Source: Candidatus Melainabacteria bacterium 17Bon1m (lineage in GTDB: Bacteria; Cyanobacteriota; Vampirovibrionia; Obscuribacterales; Obscuribacteraceae). From it: a stretch of 64,000 nucleotides of DNA. The DNA lies in contig JAVLKG010000001.1 in NCBI GenBank assembly GCA_032128875.1, forward strand, positions 544,001 through 608,000, in the 5' to 3' direction. How positions within the stretch are numbered: position 1 is the first letter of the stretch; every line of letters starts with the position of its first letter. The notes beneath the pieces are model-generated. The model did no database searches. It was not told the origin of the DNA and saw only the letters and a program-made list of their open reading frames with translations. A program made the translations under genes and the position numbers. Positions 1 to 9,454 of the stretch are shown one piece after another.

Positions 1-1349
1 ACCATCACGAATGTGATTAGCACCCACCAGAAGCGCCACAACGAAAGAACCACGACGCCGTTCACCCAGTTGATGAAAATTGGCTTGAATAGCTTGCCCA
101 CGCTACCCGGCCAACTATAAAACGCGGCGGCGATTGGTCCTAACAAGAGCAAATAGCAACTGAGCGCTAATTGGAACGCTGCCAAAATCAACAGTCCATA
201 GCCCAAGGACATATTGATGATGCCGGCGGCCATCTGCCACAGCTGCTCTTTGAATGGTTGTGGGTCGAGCCTCTCTTGAGGCTTCCCGGCTGCTTCCCTC
301 GCTTTTTGCATTCCTTCCGCCCATGCCACGATTTCCATGGCGGAGAATTGCTGAGCGACTGTATAAGTCATCGAGTTGCCCACGTCGATGCTGTAGCTCA
401 TGATCAACTGTGTGGATGGAACCAGGAACAGTGCAATCATGGCGCGAAGAATGTGAGCCCATGGTCCGCCTTGAAAATCTTCGTCAGGGTTGGCGAACGA
501 TGTGCACATGTTTTTCAAGTGAAGAAGAACAGCGCCCGGCAATAGGAGAAGTAATGCCATAGGCAGATAGCAGTGGCGGAACATGTGTTGCACCATTCCT
601 ATCGCTTGTGACAATGGACGCCAGGGCTGTGCGCTGTTGCCGATGCCACCGCCTGCTGCTTCGTTGGCTACGTTGACGTTGCCGGCGACGATCATCGGAA
701 TGTATTCTTTCAGAGCGTTGATATTCGCGTTTTGTCCAGCATCTCCCGCTCCTTGCTGCTGCCCTTGCATGTTGGCGAGCGCGCCGGGAATCTTTTGTTG
801 TGGAGCTAGACCAATCTGTTCCCAAACATCTGCGGTCTCTTTGTTCATCCCGCCTTCGTGCCCGTCGCCTGCAGGGACGGCCGGGTATTTGGGTTTATTC
901 GGATCGTAGTTTTGTTGGTGACCTTTGTTGCCGGCTTCTTTGCCTTGCTCATTTTGTTTTCTCTGCTTTTGCGGCATGAATTGGAGCAAGTAATAGCGCT
1001 GCATCGTGCGGTCGGGTGCCGGTTGCGATTCGTGGATAACCATTTCTGCATCGGCATTCGCATCCGGACGTGGCTGCGAGTTGTGCTTCTTGGACAGAGG
1101 ATTTGTCTTATCCCATGTCTTTTGCATTTTTCCGAGGCTTGAATCTTCGTCGCCGTCTTCAGCTAGCGCCTCAGTGGAGCCTGCCAGCAAGAAGAGTATG
1201 GACAACGACGCCATCACCACTACAACACCAGCAAAAAGAGCTGCGAGCCGGGCTGTTGTACCCGATGCCTTTTTGAAATTGTTGGTAAAGGGAGATGGCG
1301 CGACGCGGCTAAATGCCGCAGCGCAAAGCGCGATGACGGTTTTTGTCAT
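1..1349 (-). CDS. Hypothetical multi-pass membrane protein, partial (runs off the left window edge; absent from the ORF track)
   Basis: Hand-translated: ATG at 1349 (MTKTVIALCAAAFSRV...), hydrophobic N-terminal segment, later TM segments such as ...CYLPMALLLLLPGAVLL... and ...GVVVLSLWRFWWVLITFVM at the edge; the frame is consistent at 1349, 848 and 59. Confidence 0.75.
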   Translation of the reverse strand, partial: MTKTVIALCAAAFSRVAPSPFTNNFKKASGTTARLAALFAGVVVVMASLSILFLLAGSTEALAEDGDEDSSLGKMQKTWDKTNPLSKKHNSQPRPDANADAEMVIHESQPAPDRTMQRYYLLQFMPQKQRKQNEQGKEAGNKGHQQNYDPNKPKYPAVPAGDGHEGGMNKETADVWEQIGLAPQQKIPGALANMQGQQQGAGDAGQNANINALKEYIPMIVAGNVNVANEAAGGGIGNSAQPWRPLSQAIGMVQHMFRHCYLPMALLLLLPGAVLLHLKNMCTSFANPDEDFQGGPWAHILRAMIALFLVPSTQLIMSYSIDVGNSMTYTVAQQFSAMEIVAWAEGMQKAREAAGKPQERLDPQPFKEQLWQMAAGIINMSLGYGLLILAAFQLALSCYLLLLGPIAAAFYSWPGSVGKLFKPIFINWVNGVVVLSLWRFWWVLITFVM

Positions 1350-1865
1350 AGTAACGTTTTGGTGAGAAGAGAGGTAGGAAGAGAGGACTGCGGACGAGGG
1401 AAAGGGGTTTTTGGCACACTGATGTTAATTGGGCTTGCGTGAATGCAGTGTGAACAAAACCGGTTCCCAGAAGCGGCGCCAAGCCGGGCTAGAGCTTGTT
1501 TTCGCTATCTTTTCTTACTGTGTATTTAGTAGCTTACTGGTAACAGGATATAGCTTAGTTCCTATTGGATTTCGGCTGCGTCCTGGTTCGAAGGGGAGGA
1601 TAATTCGAATGTTAGGACCGAAAAATATCAATCGCGTATCAGCGCCGTTATTTTTCTGTAACGGGGCACAGGCGCCCCTTTGTGCTAAGTTGTAGTCAAA
1701 AATCACCAAGTTTATTTGCCCTCGTCTGCACTGTTGCAGTCCTGAAAGTTGCAGGTGGGCAAAACTCTCGCAAATCGGGCAAGAAACAATCAGAATAAAT
1801 CTGATCTACTAAGTATTAGTTATAAGACCTGACGTAGGAAAGATGGAGCCGAAGAATAACAGCGC

Positions 1866-3713
1866 ATGAAGCTGCGATTTTCACTAACCCACAAGATTAT
1901 TTTGCTGATTACCGTACCGGTATTGATGCAGTTCGGCTTCTTCTTTTGGCTTACGAAAATCGTTTCAGACTTGGAGCAAGCTCGCGAAAAGGAATCTGAA
2001 GCCGTAGACGGGCTGGTTCTTGTTAATGAAGTATTGAACGATGTTATGTCGATCGGTGCCGGTATGTTCATGTTTCAAGCCGCCAAGGATCCGACCTTCC
2101 TTATGGAGATCGAGTCAAACTACGCTCGATTAGACACTCACACTGAAGAACTAAAACGTCTTGCTGCGCGAACAACTGACAAATCATCAGGCGTTAAAGG
2201 TTTTGCTGCAATCATTTCTGAAGTGAGCACAACTCTTGAACAAGCCGCTGATTTCAGACAGGAAGAAGTTTGGGATATTGACAGTGTCCATATATCAGGA
2301 ACAATCAAAAGCCTATGCCGCCGTATTCGCGTAATCGGTGAACGCACAATTGAGCAACAGGCTAGGGTTCGTGCCTTGACTCGTGCGAAAGAACAAAAAA
2401 GTCGTGCAGAATTGGAAACAATGCTTCGTGTTATGACTGTTTCTAACCTGGCATTGGCTGTGCTTCTCGGACTGATATTTACAATGAATGTCGGTATGAG
2501 ATTCAGGCAGTTGATGTATGACACAATGACAGTGTCCTTTGGAAAGCCCCTTGGTACGCCAATGGAAGGCGACGATGAAATTGCGAGACTCGACCAAGTG
2601 GTTCACGGTCTCGCCGCTGACCTTGCTGCCACACGCAAGCAAGAGCGCGCCATGATTGACAATACTGCCGAAATTATTTGTTCGTTGGATGATTCATTCC
2701 GTTTTGAAGAAGTAAATCCGGCGGTGACAACGCGCCTCGGCTACGATCAGGACTCTGTGCGCGGAAGTCTCTTTCAGTCTTATGTTCACGAGGAAGATAG
2801 AAAGTCTGCTTACGATGTACTTTCTCGCATTAAGAATGAAGCGAGGGAAATTCAGTTCGAGGCGCGCATTCAAGGAAAAGATGGGCGTTACCGAGACATG
2901 GAGCTGGTCGGTAATTGGTCGAAAGAGAATCAACATCTCTTCTTGATCATGCGAGATGTGACTGCCAGGAAAGAAGCGGAGAGATTGAAACAAGAAGTTA
3001 TTGCTATGGTCAGTCACGACCTGCGCGCGCCGCTTTCTTCTCTCGGAATTACGCTTGATTTGATTTTGGAAGGAGTCGCGGGCGATTTGAATGAACGCGG
3101 CAACAGGCTTGTCAGCGTAGGCCGGCGCTCTGTGGCGTCATTGATTGCGATCATCAATGACCTTTTGGATATAGAACGTTTTGAATCATCGGGTTTTAAG
3201 CTTGACTATGAAGACAGCGAGCCTGCACAGATGGTTAGTGATGCTGTAAGCACGGTTCTTCCTGAAGCAGAATCTCGCAAGATCCGAGTTGTTCAAGAGT
3301 GCGAAGATGTTGACCTGGTGGTTGATAAAGAGCGCTTGAAGAGGGTTTTGCAAAACCTGATCAATAATGCCATCAAGTTTTCACCCGATGAGCAAGAGAT
3401 CAAAGTTACTTGCAAGTCGGGAGGCAATGGCACCGGTTACGATACCACTTCTGATTACGCCGTATTTCGCGTAGCCGACCATGGACCAGGCATTCCGGAA
3501 GATGCGCGCGAGGCTGTTTTTGAAAAATTCAGACAAGTAGGCACAGGCTCGGAAGGTGAGCGGAAAGGCACCGGACTTGGTCTGGCTATTTGCAAAACGA
3601 TTGTAGAAGCCCATGGCGGGCGCATCGGCATTGATGAAAACGATGGCGGCGGCAGCGTCTTTTGGTTTGTGGTACCGAAAAAACCGCACACAGATTCAGA
3701 GCTCTTCCTGTAG
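1866..3713 (+). CDS. Membrane sensor histidine kinase (2 TM, HAMP-like, PAS, HisKA, HATPase_c)
   Basis: H-box MVSHDLRAPL, N-box QNLINNAIKFS, G1 DHGPGI, G2 GTGLGLAIC; PAS-like segment VHEEDR. Confidence 0.95.
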   Translation: MKLRFSLTHKIILLITVPVLMQFGFFFWLTKIVSDLEQAREKESEAVDGLVLVNEVLNDVMSIGAGMFMFQAAKDPTFLMEIESNYARLDTHTEELKRLAARTTDKSSGVKGFAAIISEVSTTLEQAADFRQEEVWDIDSVHISGTIKSLCRRIRVIGERTIEQQARVRALTRAKEQKSRAELETMLRVMTVSNLALAVLLGLIFTMNVGMRFRQLMYDTMTVSFGKPLGTPMEGDDEIARLDQVVHGLAADLAATRKQERAMIDNTAEIICSLDDSFRFEEVNPAVTTRLGYDQDSVRGSLFQSYVHEEDRKSAYDVLSRIKNEAREIQFEARIQGKDGRYRDMELVGNWSKENQHLFLIMRDVTARKEAERLKQEVIAMVSHDLRAPLSSLGITLDLILEGVAGDLNERGNRLVSVGRRSVASLIAIINDLLDIERFESSGFKLDYEDSEPAQMVSDAVSTVLPEAESRKIRVVQECEDVDLVVDKERLKRVLQNLINNAIKFSPDEQEIKVTCKSGGNGTGYDTTSDYAVFRVADHGPGIPEDAREAVFEKFRQVGTGSEGERKGTGLGLAICKTIVEAHGGRIGIDENDGGGSVFWFVVPKKPHTDSELFL

Positions 3714-3764
3714 TGGCGATTCCATGCATCGCCCGGTTTTGGTAGGGGCGACGCCAGGCGTCGC
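3710..3764 (+). repeat. Two tandem GTAG-initiated imperfect palindromes (REP-like)
   Basis: GTAGTGGCGAT-TCCATGC-ATCGCC and GTAGGGGCGACGCC-A-GGCGTCGC lie between convergent genes. Confidence 0.45.
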
Positions 3765-3766
3765 GA

Positions 3767-5191
3767 CTAGTCGCCTTCCGGCGTACCGAACTTTTCCAAA
3801 TTCTGCACCCGTTTCAAATCAGCAGCTGACTTTTCCGCGTTACCCATATTCTTGTAGATATCTGCGCGCGAAGTGTAATACTCTGCGACGTTGGGATTTT
3901 TCGAAATCAGCATATTGATGTCCGCGAGCGCCTCTATCCATCTGCCTTTCTTCTTGTAGAGATTTTGACGCGCGTAGATAGAATTGAGGTCGCCAGGAAA
4001 GACTTTTGTAAATTTGACGAGTTCTGCAAGCGCGTCATCGTACTTTCCTGTCTTTTGCAGCAGCAGAATGTATTTAAGCCATGTTGCCTTTGTGCTCGAA
4101 AGTTCTGTAGCGTCACCACCAGACATCATTTTGTTCCACGCAGAACGTCGAGTTGCGGCATGTGAGATGGCGTATTTTTTATCGTAATCTGGTCTTGTCA
4201 CACCGTAAGCATCAAGAGCTTTTTTGTAGTCTTGCGCTGCGGCTTCAAGGTTGCCTACCTTCTCGTAGCACTCCGCACGGCGCGCGAATGAGGTGTTGCC
4301 GCCACCTCCCATCTTTTCCAGAACATTCAAATCTTCGATCGCTTCTTTGTACCGACCTGTTTTCTTGTTTAGCTTCGCTCTTGTTGTGCGTACATAAATG
4401 TCGTCGGAATGGTGCTTTATGACTTCATCGAGATCTTTGAGAGCCCCTGAGTTGTTAAAAACCTCGCGACGAAAAAAACCGCGCTGATAGTATGGCAACG
4501 CCGTGTTTGGATACGCTTTCACAAACTGGCTGTATGCCTTTTCAGCTTGATCATATTCCAACTTCCGCAAATGAATTATGCCAGCGATGATAAGCACTGT
4601 GACGTCTTTGGGCGCCAGCTTCATTGCTTTATCTAGCTCTTCCTGCGTGCCGAGTGTCTCGTTGCGCAGCCCGCACAGGGCAAGTGCTGCATGTGCACGA
4701 CCATTCTTGTTGTTGATTGCAATCGCTTCCTGTGCAAGCTGCTCTGCTCTCACGACATAGCCTGCTAAAAATTCAACGATTGAACACGTGGAAATTACTT
4801 GCGCATCCTTCGGAGCCAGGCGCGTCGCAAGGCGAATCGAATCAATGCCTGACTTTCCTTTAGCCGCAACGATGTACATCTCGCCCATCTTGCGCAGAAA
4901 GACAACCCGATCTTTCGGATTTTCCTTAATCGCTTTTACGCACAAATCATGCGCGGCATTAAATTGAGTGTTCATAAACAGCTTGTCGATCTCAGCTTCA
5001 TACGCCGACGTTGTCATGGCGCAAGCTGGGGTGATCGATGCGATGCTAATATGTCCGGCGAATAGTGAGAACGCGAGGCTAAGCACCATCGTTCTTTCGC
5101 TGGTAATTTTGCGTATCTTGCGCACAATATTCACGGATGCCACCCGCCGCCTGATCGAATGATTAGATTCTACCCTGCGGCAGGCGTACAC
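3767..5191 (-). CDS. Tetratricopeptide-repeat protein, probably exported (true start may be downstream)
   Basis: Repeated TPR-like helices (YQRGFFR, RAECYEKVG, RADIYKNMG); signal-like segment VLSLAFSLFAG. Confidence 0.85.
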   Translation of the reverse strand: MYACRRVESNHSIRRRVASVNIVRKIRKITSERTMVLSLAFSLFAGHISIASITPACAMTTSAYEAEIDKLFMNTQFNAAHDLCVKAIKENPKDRVVFLRKMGEMYIVAAKGKSGIDSIRLATRLAPKDAQVISTCSIVEFLAGYVVRAEQLAQEAIAINNKNGRAHAALALCGLRNETLGTQEELDKAMKLAPKDVTVLIIAGIIHLRKLEYDQAEKAYSQFVKAYPNTALPYYQRGFFRREVFNNSGALKDLDEVIKHHSDDIYVRTTRAKLNKKTGRYKEAIEDLNVLEKMGGGGNTSFARRAECYEKVGNLEAAAQDYKKALDAYGVTRPDYDKKYAISHAATRRSAWNKMMSGGDATELSSTKATWLKYILLLQKTGKYDDALAELVKFTKVFPGDLNSIYARQNLYKKKGRWIEALADINMLISKNPNVAEYYTSRADIYKNMGNAEKSAADLKRVQNLEKFGTPEGD

Positions 5192-5209
5192 CCGCGTCCC
5201 TTTCGCGCA

Positions 5210-5902
5210 TTAACCTGTTCTTTCAAACCTCCGATCTACGTCCAAATCCTGCCACTTGGACTGCATATCTAGGTTGAGCAATATTTGTTGGTCTGGTGTG
5301 AGCATCTCTTTGCGAATCTGCTTGTTGTCGATGTCATTGTCGTCAAGGTCTTCGACCTGGGCTTTCTGTTTGTTGTCCGGCTTTTCGTCGAAGTCGAGTT
5401 TGTCGAGTTCTTTAACGAGTGCGCCGCTCAGAAGTCCGCCCACAATGCCCTCAAGCAGGCGTGGGAAAAAATCGTCTTTCTGTCTGTGGTGGTGACGGTG
5501 ATGTCCATGTCCGTCGTAATAGTAGTTGTCCTGCCAGCTGTCGCGGAAGAAGTTGTTCATTCCGTCGTATGGATTTCGGAAATGTTGTTGCTGGTACCTT
5601 CTGAAATCGCCCTGATCGCGGTAATCAAAGTGGTTGTGTAGTTGCTGTTTTTGATATGTTGGATGGAAACTCTGGGGATATCTGAACTGCGGCGGTGTTG
5701 GATACTGCGCGCGTGGAGTCTCGATGCGGCGCTCTTGGCGCTGGTCGCGTTCTTGGCGATGTTCGTAACGCTGCTCGTGCCGGTGTTCATGCCGGTTTTC
5801 ATGCCTATGCTCATGCCGATGTTCCTGGCGCTGCTCGTGGCGCTGTTCCTGCTTGTGATCGTGCTTTTGATTATTGCGATCTTGCTCTTTTCTTTCTGGC
5901 AT
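5210..5902 (-). CDS. Hypothetical low-complexity His/Arg/Gln-rich protein
   Basis: 230-aa ORF with HEQR/HRHE repeats and one hydrophobic segment LLEGIVGGLLSGALV. Confidence 0.6.
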   Translation of the reverse strand: MPERKEQDRNNQKHDHKQEQRHEQRQEHRHEHRHENRHEHRHEQRYEHRQERDQRQERRIETPRAQYPTPPQFRYPQSFHPTYQKQQLHNHFDYRDQGDFRRYQQQHFRNPYDGMNNFFRDSWQDNYYYDGHGHHRHHHRQKDDFFPRLLEGIVGGLLSGALVKELDKLDFDEKPDNKQKAQVEDLDDNDIDNKQIRKEMLTPDQQILLNLDMQSKWQDLDVDRRFERTG

Positions 5903-6834
5903 TTTTAACGCTCGATTAATTGATTCGTGAACATTTGGCGTAATTCTTGAGATGGTCTATGTCGCTCCGTTTGCGCCGGAAGATTGATTTGATTCGGCAT
6001 ACGCATTCGCAAGTAATTGCGGAAGGTATCTTGTAGGCGCATTGAAAGACCAAGCGACGAATTCTGATTTTGGTGTTGAGGACTTTCCTGTTTTTGGCTC
6101 TGACTCTGCTGTTTATTGTGTGAAGGGGCGGACTTTCTTGCGTATAAGCACTCAGTCATTGTTTTTTTGAACTGATACCGCATGTGATGCAGCGATCAAT
6201 GCATAACTTTCAATAGCCTTGAGCTTTTGCGCTTCTGTGAGTTGTGGTTGGGATTGGGGAGTGAGCGAGCCACAGGATGATGGTTCGTCTACAGCAAAGG
6301 AAAGCATGATCGGAGGACCATACGTCAACATAGGAAAACCTCATGTTTACTAGTTAGACGCAGACTCGAGGTCTTGCGGCTAAAGTGTGCAGGGGAAGGA
6401 AGGAGGGAAGATAGGAGGAAGGGGGCGGACTCGGAGAGAACTGTTGAATTTCAGGTGGCGGTGACAGGAAGCATTGGCTGAACTAATATCAACCGGAATC
6501 AAAAATTGTGAGTAGATCTTTGATTTGGTTGAGTCCTGTCGGCGAACTTTCCGCTCACCCGACTCAACAATCGCACTCCACTGGGGGGAACACTGTCACT
6601 TTAGGAAACGAAAGTAGCAATCGCGTAACAGCCGAAGAAATTATTCAAATCGAATTCTTGGCAGCACTCACCCTCGAAGCCTGACCCTTGAAGCCTGTCC
6701 CTGTTATTGATTTCCCGGTTTGAGGATTTGGGAGCCAGTTGCAGGAAAGATCAGGCGGCTACCGTGGAACAGTAGGGTAAGCTTATTAATATTCAAATAT
6801 GCGGGCATCGCCCGGTCAGGAGAATGGGGAGCGA

Positions 6835-7506
6835 ATGGCGAAGATCTTGGTTGTTGAGGACGATAAGGACCTGTGCAATCTCGTATCTGAATATTTTGCC
6901 GTCGCCGGTTATACGGTGGACAAAGCCTTTACCGGCTCGGACGGACGCAACTTCCTGAAGACCTATCAATACGACGTGGTTATTTTGGATTGGTCGCTAC
7001 CCGAGGTCAGCGGGATTGCTCTTTGCAGGGAGTACCGGGCTAACGGCGGCAACTGCCCAGTCATATTTTTGACCGGAAAGACAGAAATTGCTGATAAAGA
7101 AACCGGTCTGGACGCCGGCAGCGACGATTATGTGACCAAACCGTTTTCAATTCAGGAGCTGGCAGCGCGCGTGCGGGCATTGCTCAGGCGCTCACCGGTT
7201 TATCACCATAATGTCTTGAAAGTGAAAGACATTGAGCTTGATCCAAACGAGCACAAGGTCACGAAGAATGGTAAAGAGATCAAACTCTTTCCGCGCGAAT
7301 TCGCGCTGCTGGAGTTTTTCATGCGCCACCCCAACCAAGTTTTTAGTGCTGACACTTTAATCGATCGCGTATGGCAGTCCGATACGGAAGCGACTGCAAA
7401 AACGGTCAGAGTTTCACTTATGCGTCTTCGCCAGGGCTTGGAAGAGGACAAAGACAATTCGCTTATTAAGAACGTCTATGGCGTCGGATATAAACTGGAG
7501 ACATAA
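6835..7506 (+). CDS. OmpR/PhoB-family DNA-binding response regulator
   Basis: MAKILVVEDD, phosphoacceptor ILDWSLP, DDYVTKPF, winged-helix end NVYGVGYKL. Confidence 0.95.
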   Translation: MAKILVVEDDKDLCNLVSEYFAVAGYTVDKAFTGSDGRNFLKTYQYDVVILDWSLPEVSGIALCREYRANGGNCPVIFLTGKTEIADKETGLDAGSDDYVTKPFSIQELAARVRALLRRSPVYHHNVLKVKDIELDPNEHKVTKNGKEIKLFPREFALLEFFMRHPNQVFSADTLIDRVWQSDTEATAKTVRVSLMRLRQGLEEDKDNSLIKNVYGVGYKLET

Positions 7507-7636
7507 TGCCTCTCTAAAGCGTGGGATTGCCCCTGGCTTGTAGGGGGAGGCGGAATTTTTCGAATTGGTCTACGGTAAGTAGTGTTGCAGTTCTTCTCTA
7601 TCCGAAGTGCAATCATAGTAATAGCGTGCAGCTAAT

Positions 7637-8536
7637 ATGGAAACTAAAGCGATTTCCGATTTAGAAACAAGGCCTCAGAAAAAAGACACGCGCAAAGATT
7701 TCGGCTTAGGCGCAGGCTTTAGCGCAGGTACTCATACAGGCGGCGATAGCGCGCGTTTAATCGCTCTTGCACTGTGTGCCGCTGCAATATGCGCGATCTT
7801 CGCTTCTTTCGTCACCACAAGGGTTTCCGCTGCACCCGTCAAGCCTGTTTCTACCAACGCTACATCTAAGTCTCCAGTGTCTGCTAAGTCATACGCAGGC
7901 ATAAGCGCACGTCAGACAACAGGCTGGGGCATTTTTGAAATCAAAATCTGTCCCGCTGGAATTCGAATCGAGTCGCAGACTGGCGCAATACTCATTGCTC
8001 AACCGCCGGACTGGACCGTTTACATCTATCGAAAAAATCAGAAGAAAGCTGCAAAGATGAGCTATCAGCTCTATCGAACTAAAAATCGCTATGCGGTCAA
8101 ACTGTCTCAAATTCGTGAGAAGCCGCGCATGGTGAAGGTAGCAGGCGTCAACGCGCTGAGTTACAGCTTCGATGTTGGTCGGCCACTGGACGAAATGACC
8201 AGTCTTGGCAGTCTGTATCGTTCGAAACAGAATACGCAGATTGTGCAGCGCAAGGAGGTTACGTTCGCTCCCCATGCTGAATATCTTCCGAATCAAGCAA
8301 AGGAAATTTGGCGTTCGTACTTCGAGAGTCCTGTGATTGATGAGATTCCGCTGACAACGACCCTGTATTTTGCAAACGGCGAAAAGCGCGCCAGCATGGA
8401 CACAACGTCCTATTTGCGCGCCACGATGAAGCCCACCGATTTTGCAGTGCCGCCGGGATTGTCATTTACAGCGCAGTTCATTGAGATGATTTACGGGAAA
8501 GAAATGGAAGGTGTCGCTGACCTTTTATGGGAATAG
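7637..8536 (+). CDS. Hypothetical exported protein (paralog of next gene)
   Basis: Hydrophobic N-terminal segment; shares GIRIE..G.IL.A..P.W and MIYG..ME.VADLL with 8588-9373. Confidence 0.8.
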   Translation: METKAISDLETRPQKKDTRKDFGLGAGFSAGTHTGGDSARLIALALCAAAICAIFASFVTTRVSAAPVKPVSTNATSKSPVSAKSYAGISARQTTGWGIFEIKICPAGIRIESQTGAILIAQPPDWTVYIYRKNQKKAAKMSYQLYRTKNRYAVKLSQIREKPRMVKVAGVNALSYSFDVGRPLDEMTSLGSLYRSKQNTQIVQRKEVTFAPHAEYLPNQAKEIWRSYFESPVIDEIPLTTTLYFANGEKRASMDTTSYLRATMKPTDFAVPPGLSFTAQFIEMIYGKEMEGVADLLWE

Positions 8537-8587
8537 CAGCTTAGCACGTGTATTTGAAATCGGAATCCGCATAATCTCTTCACCTCA

Positions 8588-9373
8588 ATGCTCAATATTT
8601 TCAGAACAACGCTAATTGCTACCGTGGCTGCTGTTTTTGCCTGTAGCGAGCCCGCGCTCTCGGTCGGTCCGCCGGTGGCAACAAAAAACAGCGCTAAAAC
8701 TGATTCAAAGACTGACTCAAAATCATACAAAGTTTGGGAAGTTCATCAAAGCAGCAACTGGGGTAAGTCAACAATTAAGGCGTGTGCGGAAGGTATTCGC
8801 ATTGAAGCAAATCAGGGCTCGATCCTGGTTGCGAAAGCGCCCACGTGGGAAGTGGTGGTCTTTAGAAAGGGGCAGAAGAAAGCCAGTCGCAACTCATATG
8901 CGACGTTCATCACGAAGTATCCGACTCGCGCGCATGCAGAGAAGTTTCGAGGAAAGACGCGTGCAATCAAGCTTGCTGGCGCTCCAGCAGTGCAGTATGT
9001 ACTGCCGTTCAATCGAAGATTGGATGCGACAGACGGTTTTGGGCATACGTTTCAGGCTAAGTTGGAAACTCCATATGTCACCAATATGGTCATGACGATC
9101 GCCGCAGACTCTATCTCGCTGCCGCTGCAAGCCAAGGAGATTTGGAGAACTTATTTCGAATTTTCTTTCGTGGAAAAAGTTCCGCTCGAATACTATATGG
9201 AGCTTGGCGACGGCTCGAAGCGTTATCAATTTCAGACTCTGTCGCAGAAGTTCGTCACCGTTCCAGCCTCTGAATTCGAGCACCCAAAAGATTTAGCGTA
9301 CACTGGCGAATTCATGCAGATGATTTACGGACAGAAAATGGAAGATGTTGCCGACCTGCTGATGAGCCCTTGA
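8588..9373 (+). CDS. Hypothetical exported protein (paralog of previous gene)
   Basis: Signal-peptide-like N-terminus; motifs shared with 7637-8536. Confidence 0.8.
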   Translation: MLNIFRTTLIATVAAVFACSEPALSVGPPVATKNSAKTDSKTDSKSYKVWEVHQSSNWGKSTIKACAEGIRIEANQGSILVAKAPTWEVVVFRKGQKKASRNSYATFITKYPTRAHAEKFRGKTRAIKLAGAPAVQYVLPFNRRLDATDGFGHTFQAKLETPYVTNMVMTIAADSISLPLQAKEIWRTYFEFSFVEKVPLEYYMELGDGSKRYQFQTLSQKFVTVPASEFEHPKDLAYTGEFMQMIYGQKMEDVADLLMSP

Positions 9374-9454
9374 ATGATAGGAGAGGGCTTTTACACCCCC
9401 TCCCGAGCAGAAACTCACGCTGTTTCTAGTTTTCTGTCTTTAGTGTTTTAATCT

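Noticed and set aside
5905-6330. Short minus-strand ORFs upstream of the His-rich protein
   Set aside because: Several short frames with stops; they may be a decayed 5' part of the gene, but this cannot be supported from the sequence alone.
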